DNA of 55,664 nt from a virus (lineage: Duplodnaviria > Caudoviricetes), in IMG/VR virus record IMGVR_UViG_3300019999_000002, positions 1-55,664 of that record. One strand, 5' to 3'. The position numbers and the translations under genes are program-made. Under the pieces are notes generated by a model. It was not told where the DNA came from. It saw only the letters and a list, made by a program, of their open reading frames with translations, and searched no databases. Below, one piece after another: positions 27,325 through 36,080 of the stretch. Numbering within the stretch: the first letter of the stretch is position 1; the number at the start of each line of letters is the position of its first letter.

Positions 27325-27978
27325 ATGCTTCAAAAAGGTTGTGTGTGCTCGCGCACATTCGTTGATTTGATAGGGAAAATATTTGGCCGGCTCACTGTAA
27401 TATCCTACTTGGGGAAAAACAAAAAGGCGCAGAGGGAGTGGGTTTGCCAGTGTGTCTGTGGGCAGAAGCTAACACTCACTACCGCTTCTATTTTTGCAGG
27501 ACATACAAATTCCTGCGGCTGCTTACAAAAAGAGCTTCTAATCGCCAGAAGGCGCATTCACGGAGAATCCAGATCCAAAGAATTTAGGATTTGGAGCCGC
27601 ATGAAAGGACGGTGCGAATCTCCGGCATATCATCACTTCAAAGACTATGGCGGTCGTGGAATAACAGTTTGTGAAAGGTGGCAGCGTTTCCAGAACTTCC
27701 TTGATGATATGGGAAGATGCCCTCCAAAAATGAGCATCGAGCGCAAGGACGTGAATGGGAATTATGAGCCGAGTAATTGCAAATGGGCAACAGCAATAGA
27801 ACAAGCGAACAACCGAAGGAACTCGCTCATTTTAACATTTAACGGCAAGACTCAGACCGTCTCTCAATGGAGCAGAGAACTCGGATTTATAGCGGGCACA
27901 ATCGGAAGGCGACTTGCTCGCGGATGGGCTGCTGGAAAAGCATTAAGCACACCACTCAAACCATCTCGCTGGCATTAA
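27325..27978 (+). CDS. HNH homing endonuclease
   Basis: GKIFGRLTV...CQCVCG...SCGC...HG.S...WSRMKGRC...YGGRGI.VCERW...SIERKDVNGNYEPSNCKWAT..EQANN. Confidence 0.9.
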   Translation: MLQKGCVCSRTFVDLIGKIFGRLTVISYLGKNKKAQREWVCQCVCGQKLTLTTASIFAGHTNSCGCLQKELLIARRRIHGESRSKEFRIWSRMKGRCESPAYHHFKDYGGRGITVCERWQRFQNFLDDMGRCPPKMSIERKDVNGNYEPSNCKWATAIEQANNRRNSLILTFNGKTQTVSQWSRELGFIAGTIGRRLARGWAAGKALSTPLKPSRWH

Positions 27979-28148
27979 ACAGCAAGAGCGGGAGAAGTTT
28001 CATTCAAAGAATCGAGAAAATAATCCACCGGGACGTTTTGATGAGAACTTACAACAATGGGCGCATTGCCATCCAATTACTTTTCCATCACGAGTGCGCC
28101 AGCATTCCCAAGTGTGGCCCGCGGAGGCGCAGAGAATTTGAAGGAATT

Positions 28149-28610
28149 TCACTGGACGTGCGGACTTAACGTCTTTGGATTTCTCTCCGCCCGTCGTGCG
28201 GCAGTCGGAGTCGAGAAGGCAAGTCCCTGAGTCAGACCGTCACACAATCCGCCAGCGTAGTTCTGCATCGTGGCGGAGTTGGTTCCAAACTGACTGACGA
28301 CCGCTGCGTAGATTCCGAGGGCACCATTGACAATAATCACGGCCTCGGGGGTCTTGAGATTCGCGGCCCCAGAGGCTTCAATGGCGGCGACAATCATCGC
28401 TGGCGACGGATTAGTCCCGGCAGCTTCGGCGCAGACAATGGGTGTCACGGCTTCGAGATATGGCCTGGCGGTTGGCGCTTTCAGCACGCCCAACTCAACA
28501 CCTGTGGCGACGGCTTGGGTTTCTATAATTCGCTGAGTGGCGGGTGTGATGTTTTTGCAGCCAGTGAAGGCGAGAACTACAGCGGCGAATAGACAGTAGA
28601 TAATTTTCAT
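28149..28610 (-). CDS. Predicted lipoprotein
   Basis: MKIIYCLFAAVVLAFTGC lipobox. Confidence 0.75.
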   Translation of the reverse strand: MKIIYCLFAAVVLAFTGCKNITPATQRIIETQAVATGVELGVLKAPTARPYLEAVTPIVCAEAAGTNPSPAMIVAAIEASGAANLKTPEAVIIVNGALGIYAAVVSQFGTNSATMQNYAGGLCDGLTQGLAFSTPTAARRAERNPKTLSPHVQ

Positions 28611-28746
28611 ATTGGTGTTGTTTTACTCCTTCGGCAAAAACCTTTCAACCCATTTCATTCGAGTGGCACGAGGCAGGGCTGAGAACGGAATCAGCCGATT
28701 GGTTTCCTCGTAAGCCGCCTTGGCGAACGGATAAGTCTGATAGACT

Positions 28747-28938
28747 TTAAGCCAGTGTCTCATTCATCTTCCTTTCGATTTGCTCTTTGGCCACGTCAAT
28801 ATACTCCGCATCGCTGTCGATTACCGCGTTTAGCCAACGCTCCATGTCCTCGACTGTCCATTCTCCCTTTCGGACTAATTTTGTAGCGCACAGACAGTTC
28901 CTGGCCATCGGAGTAACACCCGAGTCAAAGTCGTTCAT
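28747..28938 (-). CDS. Hypothetical protein
   Basis: Short acidic ORF on the strand of the operon. Confidence 0.45.
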   Translation of the reverse strand: MNDFDSGVTPMARNCLCATKLVRKGEWTVEDMERWLNAVIDSDAEYIDVAKEQIERKMNETLA

Positions 28939-29492
28939 GGGTTACGTTTTGCTTTTCCATCGTGCAGCCCGCCAACACGGCTGATGGATGATGCCGTGAA
29001 GTTTGAGCGTGTTCACCGCCCGCATAAGAATCGGAAGCGGGTTTGGGTTCAGACAGCGAGGGAAAATCAGATTGAGGAAGCGTTGAAAGGTTCTGCTGTT
29101 TTCCGCTCGAAGCACGCAAAGGTCATAATCAAGGAAGAAACGATAGGTTGTTGAACCGAAAAACATACGAATTGGTGATATGGCCATAAATATCCACTTT
29201 CTTCGGCTCTTTGGTATCAGGCTCCGGCAGCAAGTCAATCCCCACGACGAAAGAGATCATGCAGGGTTCGGAGCAAACGAAGCGCCCGCGAGAGTGAGTG
29301 CTTATCCATCGCGGCTTTGGTTTGGTTGAGAGGCAGAGGCAGCATGTGGGTTTTAGCGGGCGGGTCATTTCACCTTGCGCCTGGTCCACCGCTGTTTGAA
29401 TTCGTCATAGACCGCGCCGCACTTTCCGCAGACCAAGCCGACGCCGTTCGTCATCATAAAATGACGGTGCGGGCAGGAGGGCTTGCGCTTCT

Positions 29493-29654
29493 TCACCGAT
29501 GAATCGCCGCGCCGAACACAGCCCAGCCAAGCAGCGCCAGCAATATCCACACGAGCAGAGCGGGGCTGTTCTGTTTATTCAACGGCCACGCGGACCAGAG
29601 ATTGAATAAGAGGGAGAGAATCATTATCACCCAAAATAACATCGCTAACGTCAT
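29493..29654 (-). CDS. Small two-TM membrane protein
   Basis: MTLAMLFWVIMIL...LLALLGWAVFGAAIH; GAAAGGA upstream. Confidence 0.7.
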   Translation of the reverse strand: MTLAMLFWVIMILSLLFNLWSAWPLNKQNSPALLVWILLALLGWAVFGAAIHR

Positions 29655-29713
29655 AGATTTCCTTTCGTTGTTGGCCCGAGCGAGGGCCGAAGCCCCCGCC
29701 CAAGCCAAGTGCA

Positions 29714-29944
29714 TTATGTGTTCGCGACAATCGCGGCAGACAGGGCGTCAGAGCTGGCCTTGAGGGCGTTCACTTCGTCCTGCACCGGGGCGAGTTCGGC
29801 GGCGGTCGCGCCACCGGCAATAGCCGCGTCAACGGCGGTTTGGATTCTCGCGGCAATGCCGTTCAGAACGATGACGGCAGACGCTTCCGCATCCTCGTTC
29901 ACCTTCGCTTGGGCAGCGAGATCCTCCAGTACTTTAGCGGGCAT
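29714..29944 (-). CDS. Small Ala-rich coiled-coil protein
   Basis: LEDLAAQ...SAVIVLNGIAARI...LSAAIVANT. Confidence 0.7.
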   Translation of the reverse strand: MPAKVLEDLAAQAKVNEDAEASAVIVLNGIAARIQTAVDAAIAGGATAAELAPVQDEVNALKASSDALSAAIVANT

Positions 29945-30009
29945 GATTTTGACCTTTCGTTTCTTTTGTTTCGTCTTGCAAGACGGGCAGATAACAGTTC
30001 TACCCGAAA

Positions 30010-30234
30010 TTATTTGTTCGCCTCAACCGCAGCCTTTAGCGGCTCCGCAGAAGCTTTAAGGTCAGCCGTGATGGCGGCCGCTTCCTTCTGGACCGAGCCA
30101 GCAGTTCCAAACGCTTTGATAATCCTCGCCTCACTATCAGCCACGTCCTGCTTGGTTGCGAGTGGGCGCTGCTTCCGGTCCTCCCTCATCTCGTGGACGA
30201 GGGCGAAAATCGCTTCAACAAGCTTATCAATCAT
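30010..30234 (-). CDS. Small helical protein
   Basis: Coupled ORF; its C-terminus LKASAEPLKAAVEAN resembles that of 29714..29944. Confidence 0.6.
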   Translation of the reverse strand: MIDKLVEAIFALVHEMREDRKQRPLATKQDVADSEARIIKAFGTAGSVQKEAAAITADLKASAEPLKAAVEANK

Positions 30235-30662
30235 TTGGTCCTTTCAACAGGCATTGGCGGCATAGGAGCTTGAATGGTGGAAAGGATGTGCCTCATCTTC
30301 GGCCCAGGCAAGTGATTCGTCTGCCATTTCATCGCGTCCATGCCGTAGGTGCCAGCCGTCCCCTGGCCGCAGACCCATCCGCCTTGAGATTCGATGAGTT
30401 GTGCTGCGCCGAAAAACTCCTGCTTGCAGCATTTACAGTGAAAGTGCGCCGTGGCATTCACGACGATGCCGGCCAGCATGTAGTTGGTTCCTGTTGGCTC
30501 TAGCCGCACCACGACCTGCTCAGAGTTGTCGTGGCAGTAGGGGCAATGAGTCGAGAGTTTGAGCGCGGGTTGTGCAGGAGGGGCAACGGCCTTCGGAGCC
30601 TCGTGATAAACGGCTACACAGCCAGCGAACAGGAGGGGAATCAGGAAAATCAATCTCGGCAT
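30231..30662 (-). CDS. Predicted lipoprotein with CxxC pairs
   Basis: MPRLIFLIPLLFAGC; CPYC...CKCC. Confidence 0.6.
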   Translation of the reverse strand: MPRLIFLIPLLFAGCVAVYHEAPKAVAPPAQPALKLSTHCPYCHDNSEQVVVRLEPTGTNYMLAGIVVNATAHFHCKCCKQEFFGAAQLIESQGGWVCGQGTAGTYGMDAMKWQTNHLPGPKMRHILSTIQAPMPPMPVERTK

Positions 30663-30837
30663 TGAGGAAGCTTAGATTTTGTGGCCTTTTTGTCAAGGGG
30701 GCGGTTCCAAAGGTAGGCTATGAGTTCGCGGGCTGCAATACGAGGGGGAGAATCTCGCCTGTCGGCATTCGAGAACGCCTCTGTGATAATCCCCATTAAC
30801 TGATACTCAGCGTCGGCTTGCGTTTGCGGCGGGTTGT

Positions 30838-31170
30838 TCACGCATCCTTTTTTACCGTCCCGTCTGGGGCGACATCGGTTTTCTTCACGAACGCCGTCTT
30901 GATCTCCGCCTTGACCTGCTCGGCGGTCATTGCCGTGACATTGGCCAGATCGGCAGCGGTCTGCGCGGCGTCCTCTTTGCTCTGGCTCTTATTCGCATCG
31001 CCCGCAGCGAGCAGGCCGATTCCACCAAGGACCGTTGCGATGAAACTGCCCCATAGCATTTCATCAGCGGTTCCGTGTTTGATGGCAAACACCAGCTTAA
31101 CGATGCCAGTGCAGATCATCATCACGCCGGCGCTCGAAGTTTTCCAGTTAGCGAGTAGGTTTTTTATCAT
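30838..31170 (-). CDS. Holin-like protein
   Basis: MIKNLLANWKTS, two hydrophobic helices, GLLAAGD, charged C-terminal tail. Confidence 0.65.
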   Translation of the reverse strand: MIKNLLANWKTSSAGVMMICTGIVKLVFAIKHGTADEMLWGSFIATVLGGIGLLAAGDANKSQSKEDAAQTAADLANVTAMTAEQVKAEIKTAFVKKTDVAPDGTVKKDA

Positions 31171-31466
31171 TTCCAAAAGTGTTTGATTGCCATCCCCAGC
31201 GAAAAGAAAATCACCGCCCACGCGCCGCGCAAAACCCAAATGGCCCCCTTGGCTTGATCCTCTTTGCTGCGGATATTTTCCCTGATAGCGGTCATTTGCG
31301 GACGCAAACCATCGGGTGGAGTATAGATGTCGTTCATAATGCGAACGAGATTTTGCAGCATCCCAGGAGTGCCCCGCATGTCGCCGCGCATCGCCACTTC
31401 CATCTCTTTATATTGAGATTCGACGACGGCGATGCGTTCCTCAATGGCTTCCATTCGCTCAATCAT
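31167..31466 (-). CDS. Coiled-coil protein with C-terminal TM helix (lysis-region membrane protein)
   Basis: IEERIAVVE...KGAIWVLRGAWAVIFFSLG. Confidence 0.65.
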   Translation of the reverse strand: MIERMEAIEERIAVVESQYKEMEVAMRGDMRGTPGMLQNLVRIMNDIYTPPDGLRPQMTAIRENIRSKEDQAKGAIWVLRGAWAVIFFSLGMAIKHFWK

Positions 31467-31884
31467 ATCGCGGCACAAGAAACAGCTTTAGTGTCTCGAA
31501 AGTAATTGGTTTTGGCACGATGACGACGGCCCCTTTGTCGAGCGCCCTGCTCACGCACGGGTTGCCTGGATAACCAGTCACCATGATGACGCGAGCGCCC
31601 TCGTGCATTCCAACGGTCTTGTCCAGAATTTCTCCCCCGGTCAATTTCGGCAGCATTTGATCGAGAAAAATTACGTCGTAGTTGTTGGCTTTGATTTTCT
31701 CCACGGCAATAGCTCCGTCTTGCACCAACTCAATCACGCATTGAAACTTGTCGAGCAGCCGCTTGAACAGATCCCAGTCAACCGCGTCATCTTCGACCAC
31801 GAGCACCTTCGGCAACGGCGAGAACTTGAATATGAGTCCTTGCAGGAACTCGATATGCTTTTTCAGTTGTTCGGCTTCGGTCAT
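31459..31884 (-). CDS. Stand-alone response-regulator receiver (CheY-like)
   Basis: VLVVEDD, DVIFLDQMLPKLTG, VIMVTG, GA...PKP. All conserved receiver residues are present. Confidence 0.92.
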   Translation of the reverse strand: MTEAEQLKKHIEFLQGLIFKFSPLPKVLVVEDDAVDWDLFKRLLDKFQCVIELVQDGAIAVEKIKANNYDVIFLDQMLPKLTGGEILDKTVGMHEGARVIMVTGYPGNPCVSRALDKGAVVIVPKPITFETLKLFLVPRYD

Positions 31885-33257
31885 TTCCATTGCTCCAATT
31901 TCACCCGAAACGTTCCGCTCGCCGGGTCAATCGCGCTTACAAGTTGGTCGTTGTGGAAACGAACGTAAACGAAAGTATTCGACACCCAAGCTGAATACAT
32001 TGAGTTGGCCTGCATTGATCCGGCTGGCGGGGAGGCAAAAGCAAAATCCCCGACGTTCACGTTGGCAACATTTACAAGCAGGTCAGAGGTTGTCCCCGCC
32101 GCCGTGCTTGGAAAGTCGAGCGTGACATTTGTGACGACTACGTTGGTGAGTGTCACGAGAGTTGCTGCCGCCCAAGATACTCCCCCTATTGTGGTAGTCA
32201 CATTGCTGCATGACACAACCCCTCCTAGATTTCCATTCACGTCCTCTACTTTCAGCGTTGTCGCGCTTGAAGAAACGAGCGTAGGACCATTCGCAAACGC
32301 AAACCAGGTGGATTCTCCGTTCGCACCGTTATTAAGAAACTGTGTCGCTGTGACCCTTCCAGAAACATTTACCGCGCCGCCGAAAGTAGAGGCTCCTGTT
32401 ACATGCGCAGTCGCCATTTTCAGGTTGCCTGTATTGGTCCCACTTCCATTCGTGCTCCAAACAAATCCTAGTCCAGCAGCGGCATAATTGGTGAGCGTAA
32501 CTATCCCGCTTGAATTTATGTCAATTGAAACGCCGTTGTTTGTGAAGAGGCAAATCGCGTTCACGTTTTTGTTGGTTTCTATGAAGCCAGGAGTCGTACC
32601 TGTCAGCGTCACCGCCCCGCTTCCCGAAGATACCCATGTAACTCCAGCAGGACCGGATGCGCTGACGCTCGTGACTGTGCCGCTGCCTTTGGCATCTATC
32701 TGAGTCTGAATCGCGTTCGTGACGTTGTGAACGTAGCCAAGCTCGGTTGCGGTCGTGGTGCTCGAAACAATTTTAGGAGGGGATTCGCTGTCTGAAACCA
32801 GAGCAGTAGAAGCGCTAAGATTGGACCCGCGAATGCTGGGCGCAATTAGATTGCCAGAGGAGTCAATTTGAAATTGTCCAGCACCTCCAAATACCGCCGA
32901 TCCGCCTACAAAGATTTCTGCTGTGGTCGGATTCCCAAACGATAGGTTTCCAAAAAGAATGCCACCCGCGTTAAGAGAAAGATATGTCCCGCTTAAATCT
33001 GGAATGTCACTAAACGAGAGTGTCGTCCCGCTCGTCTCGCGCCCCTGCGCGTCGAAAGTAACTTTGGTGTACTCGCCTGCCGTGCCGGTGTTCTTGAGAG
33101 TTAAAACTCTAGTGCCGCTCGCCGTGGTTCCGTCCCCTGTGATCGTAGGGTTGGCGTTGGTGTCCCACACGTTGCGCTCCAGGGGCGGCGGCATCCCAGC
33201 CCACAGCGACGGCAAAACCAACAGAATCAGGAGATATGCAAGAGTGTAGCGAACCAT
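31881..33257 (-). CDS. Tail fibre or virion appendage-like protein
   Basis: Thr/Ser/Gly/Asn-rich. Fibre-type motifs YTKVTFDAQGR, TATELGYV..VT..IQTQID and GSGTVTSV; C-terminal TLDFPS...IDPASGTFRV. Confidence 0.7.
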   Translation of the reverse strand: MVRYTLAYLLILLVLPSLWAGMPPPLERNVWDTNANPTITGDGTTASGTRVLTLKNTGTAGEYTKVTFDAQGRETSGTTLSFSDIPDLSGTYLSLNAGGILFGNLSFGNPTTAEIFVGGSAVFGGAGQFQIDSSGNLIAPSIRGSNLSASTALVSDSESPPKIVSSTTTATELGYVHNVTNAIQTQIDAKGSGTVTSVSASGPAGVTWVSSGSGAVTLTGTTPGFIETNKNVNAICLFTNNGVSIDINSSGIVTLTNYAAAGLGFVWSTNGSGTNTGNLKMATAHVTGASTFGGAVNVSGRVTATQFLNNGANGESTWFAFANGPTLVSSSATTLKVEDVNGNLGGVVSCSNVTTTIGGVSWAAATLVTLTNVVVTNVTLDFPSTAAGTTSDLLVNVANVNVGDFAFASPPAGSMQANSMYSAWVSNTFVYVRFHNDQLVSAIDPASGTFRVKLEQWK

Positions 33258-33688
33258 AGCGTAACCTTGTTTAGAACTTTAGTCATTCGTGACCAGCGCG
33301 AGGACTTGGCCTCGGTTAAAATTGGTTGCGCTATCTCCGGAGATTGCGGCGGTTCCAGGATGGGAACGACCATCGGTGCGGCTGGCAGCGTGCGATTGGC
33401 AACGGCCATCACGGGATCAGGTGCATTGGCGGTTATCACCTTCTGCCAATCATGGGCACCAGACGGGTCAAGATCAACCCAAAGATTGCCAGCGTTGTCG
33501 TAGGCTGCCCCTCCCGAAATCGTCGCGCCAGTCGGATCGCCAAATAGCACATTGCCCGAACCGCCGCCACCGCCACCACCAGCGCACGCCGCTGCCAAAA
33601 GGCATTCGCGCAATTGCCGGTCGCTCAACCTCGCGTAGCCATTGGCATAAGCGAGATCAAGGAGAGTTTGGGAATCGCAGGCGGGCAT
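33227..33688 (-). CDS. ACD-module protein 3 (probable virion decoration)
   Basis: PACDSQTLLDLAYANGYARLSDRQLRECLLAAAC followed by poly-Gly. Confidence 0.6.
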   Translation of the reverse strand: MPACDSQTLLDLAYANGYARLSDRQLRECLLAAACAGGGGGGGSGNVLFGDPTGATISGGAAYDNAGNLWVDLDPSGAHDWQKVITANAPDPVMAVANRTLPAAPMVVPILEPPQSPEIAQPILTEAKSSRWSRMTKVLNKVTLWFATLLHIS

Positions 33689-33691
33689 AAG

Positions 33692-34159
33692 TCATGGGAA
33701 CACGATTATCTCGATTGAGGCTCCAATCATTTCGTTATCTTGGCCGGATAGTGCCGCATCTGCCACAATCACAGAAATGACATTGTCAGAAATTCTTTTC
33801 GACACAACTAACACACCAATACCACCCCAACCATTCACGGTTGAACCTGCATTTGCCATTAAAAATGTTTTGGAAGCGGGGAATGCTCCAATAAGCGTAC
33901 TACTATAATCTCCAACGGCGTTTCTAGTCCACGCCACAGTTCCTCCTAGCGTATTTTGCAAGACTGTAGCTACTGGAGCATTGGTTCCGGTTTGTGTGAG
34001 CAGCGCCCGATAGACTTTTGTTCCTGACGGATAGGAACCTCCCCCTCCCCCGCCAGCGCAAGCCGCCGCAACTAGACATTCCATCAATCCGCGTTTGGAT
34101 AACTTGCTGTAGCCGTTCGCCTGAGCGAGCGCGATTAGTGTTGCAGCGTCACAGGCCAA
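33692..34159 (-). CDS. ACD-module protein 2 (probable virion decoration)
   Basis: TTG start with GAAGGGGG. ACDAATLIALAQANGYSKLS..., poly-Gly, then a KVYRALLTQTGTNAP beta domain. Confidence 0.65.
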   Translation of the reverse strand: MACDAATLIALAQANGYSKLSKRGLMECLVAAACAGGGGGGSYPSGTKVYRALLTQTGTNAPVATVLQNTLGGTVAWTRNAVGDYSSTLIGAFPASKTFLMANAGSTVNGWGGIGVLVVSKRISDNVISVIVADAALSGQDNEMIGASIEIIVFP

Positions 34160-34203
34160 CTGGAACCCCCTTCACTTGATTTAATCTTGCAAAATGCATG
34201 ACA

Positions 34204-34410
34204 TCAGCATATCGCAGCCAGGAAACAATTGTCCAGATCGCGGTCGCTCAGTTTGTGGTAATCCTTGGAGTTGTCGGTTGCAGTCTGCGCGTTCCACCCG
34301 AGCCCTACGCAATACACCGCCGCCAAACACAGAAGCAAATCCCGGTCGCTCAACTCGCCGTATTTATTGGCGGTTGCAGCGTTTAACAGAGTTGCAGCGT
34401 CACAAGCCAA
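34204..34410 (-). CDS. ACD-module protein 1 (two tandem modules)
   Basis: TTG start; YGELSDRDLLLCLAAVYC and YHKLSDRDLDNCFLAAIC. Confidence 0.6.
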   Translation of the reverse strand: MACDAATLLNAATANKYGELSDRDLLLCLAAVYCVGLGWNAQTATDNSKDYHKLSDRDLDNCFLAAIC

Positions 34411-34414
34411 GGCA

Positions 34415-34840
34415 TCACGCTATCTTGTAGTTCAGCAGCAGTCGAAGCCGGTTCAACGTCTCGACCGGCAACGCAAGAAAGTCCCGACCCTCTTTGAGCA
34501 GCGTTGGCACATCGGCTGACAGTGTGGCGTCTGCTGCGCGGCCATTGCTCCAGTCCTGTACCGCCTGAGCCAGATACACGTTCTCCGAAAGGCCGAGATC
34601 AGTGAGCATCTGAACGCCGCCGAACAAGGATGCCGCGTCCTGAATCAACTGAGGATGATTCGTCTTGTAGTTGGTTCCACCAGCCGCCGCCAACTTGTAA
34701 ATCTTGCCCAGGATGCCAATGGTCTTGATTCCAGCCGTGCCAACATTGTTGATTGCGGCCATGTCGCCCACGAAAGTTTTGCTCTGCGCCAACGTCACAG
34801 GTGACGTAAGCGCCGGTAATGCCGCCAAAGTTTGTGCCAT
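34415..34840 (-). CDS. Probable minor structural protein
   Basis: Downstream of MCP; Ala-rich; DVPTLLKEG segment weakly resembles the ACD module. Confidence 0.6.
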   Translation of the reverse strand: MAQTLAALPALTSPVTLAQSKTFVGDMAAINNVGTAGIKTIGILGKIYKLAAAGGTNYKTNHPQLIQDAASLFGGVQMLTDLGLSENVYLAQAVQDWSNGRAADATLSADVPTLLKEGRDFLALPVETLNRLRLLLNYKIA

Positions 34841-34846
34841 GATCGT

Positions 34847-35140
34847 TTATTGTGCTGTTTCGTCGGGGTTGCGCGGAGACATGCTATCCCTGAAATCGCT
34901 TTCCCATGATTTGTCAGGTGGGTTATCCGAGGAACCATCGCCTTCGCCCTGTTCCTCTCCTTCCGCCGATTCCAAGGCAAAGGTGCAGCCGCTCGAATCC
35001 ATCCCTGTGCATCGCAGCATGTCGCCTTCCTTGATGCCTTTGGGCAAGTTCGCAGACGGAATGTGAATGTCCGATTCGCTGCCCATGTCGGAGCCGTATT
35101 CGGGTGGGGCTTCGGTCGGCGCTTGCATTTCAGGAGGCAT
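34847..35140 (-). CDS. Highly acidic small protein
   Basis: Asp/Glu-rich; AAAATTATG start; KGIKEGD motif. Confidence 0.65.
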   Translation of the reverse strand: MPPEMQAPTEAPPEYGSDMGSESDIHIPSANLPKGIKEGDMLRCTGMDSSGCTFALESAEGEEQGEGDGSSDNPPDKSWESDFRDSMSPRNPDETAQ

Positions 35141-35227
35141 AATTTTGTTGCGTCACACCGGCATTTTGGCAAAATTCAAAGGTGGTCCGGCGAATATCAC
35201 TTCCCGGACCCGGCACAGTAAAAACTT

Positions 35228-36046
35228 ATGAATGAAAATACCGCACGTCCCGAGATTACTCCCGAATACCTTGCCGAGCAAGGATTGTCGAAAACCTTTC
35301 CAGAACGATTTTGGAAACGAGTCTTTATCACGCCTACACACTGGCTTTGGGATGGAATGCGGCGAGCCCCGATGAATCACGGAAGCCTGTGGCGGGGCGT
35401 AAGGAATCCAAGAACAGGAAAGTGGCAATGGATGATTTATGCCCACGTCGCGTCTTGGCTTTTGAACCGAGGGCCAATTCCAGAAGGAAAATGGATTTTG
35501 CATAAATGTCCTGGGAAGCACATTCCTTGGTGCGTCAATCCAGAGCATCTTTATCTTGGCTCTGCAAAAGACAATAGCCGAGACCAACTTGCCCAAGGCA
35601 CGATGTATCTGATAAAAGGCCATAAGCACAACTCTCGCGGAGAACGATCTACAGTTTCCAAGCTTACTGAGGCTCAGGTTTTGGAGATTCGAAAAATTTA
35701 TTCCGGTCGTACCGGACAACAAAGCGAACTGGCAAAACAGTACGGAGTGGCACAGCCAACGATTGAAAACATTCTCGTTGGGAAAAACTGGAAGCACATG
35801 GGAGGGGCCGCTCCCGGACTCATTGCGAGACGCGAAAGAATAGCGCGAGATCATTCTCGAATTCGGCGTCCGTTTCCCATGACGGGAGAAAATGGACCAC
35901 TTCACAAACTGACTCGATTTCAGGTAAAGGAAATACGCGATAAATACACAGGTGAGCGCGGCCAACAGAGTAAACTCGCCCGAGAATACCGAGTTCGACA
36001 AGGAACTATTTGGTATATCGTTAATAATGTTACTTGGAAGGGGTGA
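35228..36046 (+). CDS. HNH endonuclease with two C-terminal HTH-like repeats, antisense inside the capsid operon
   Basis: RFWKRV...WLW...AHVASW...ILHKC...CVNPEHLYLGSAKDN. KLT..QV.EIR...Q.ELA..Y.V.Q.TI occurs twice. Confidence 0.9.
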   Translation: MNENTARPEITPEYLAEQGLSKTFPERFWKRVFITPTHWLWDGMRRAPMNHGSLWRGVRNPRTGKWQWMIYAHVASWLLNRGPIPEGKWILHKCPGKHIPWCVNPEHLYLGSAKDNSRDQLAQGTMYLIKGHKHNSRGERSTVSKLTEAQVLEIRKIYSGRTGQQSELAKQYGVAQPTIENILVGKNWKHMGGAAPGLIARRERIARDHSRIRRPFPMTGENGPLHKLTRFQVKEIRDKYTGERGQQSKLAREYRVRQGTIWYIVNNVTWKG

Positions 36047-36068
36047 GCGGAGTTTGCTCCGCTCACCC
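36041..36068. terminator. 12-bp perfect hairpin between the convergent HNH and MCP stops
   Basis: GGGTGAGCGGAG-TTTG-CTCCGCTCACCC. Confidence 0.65.
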
Positions 36069-36080
36069 AAACAAGATTGC

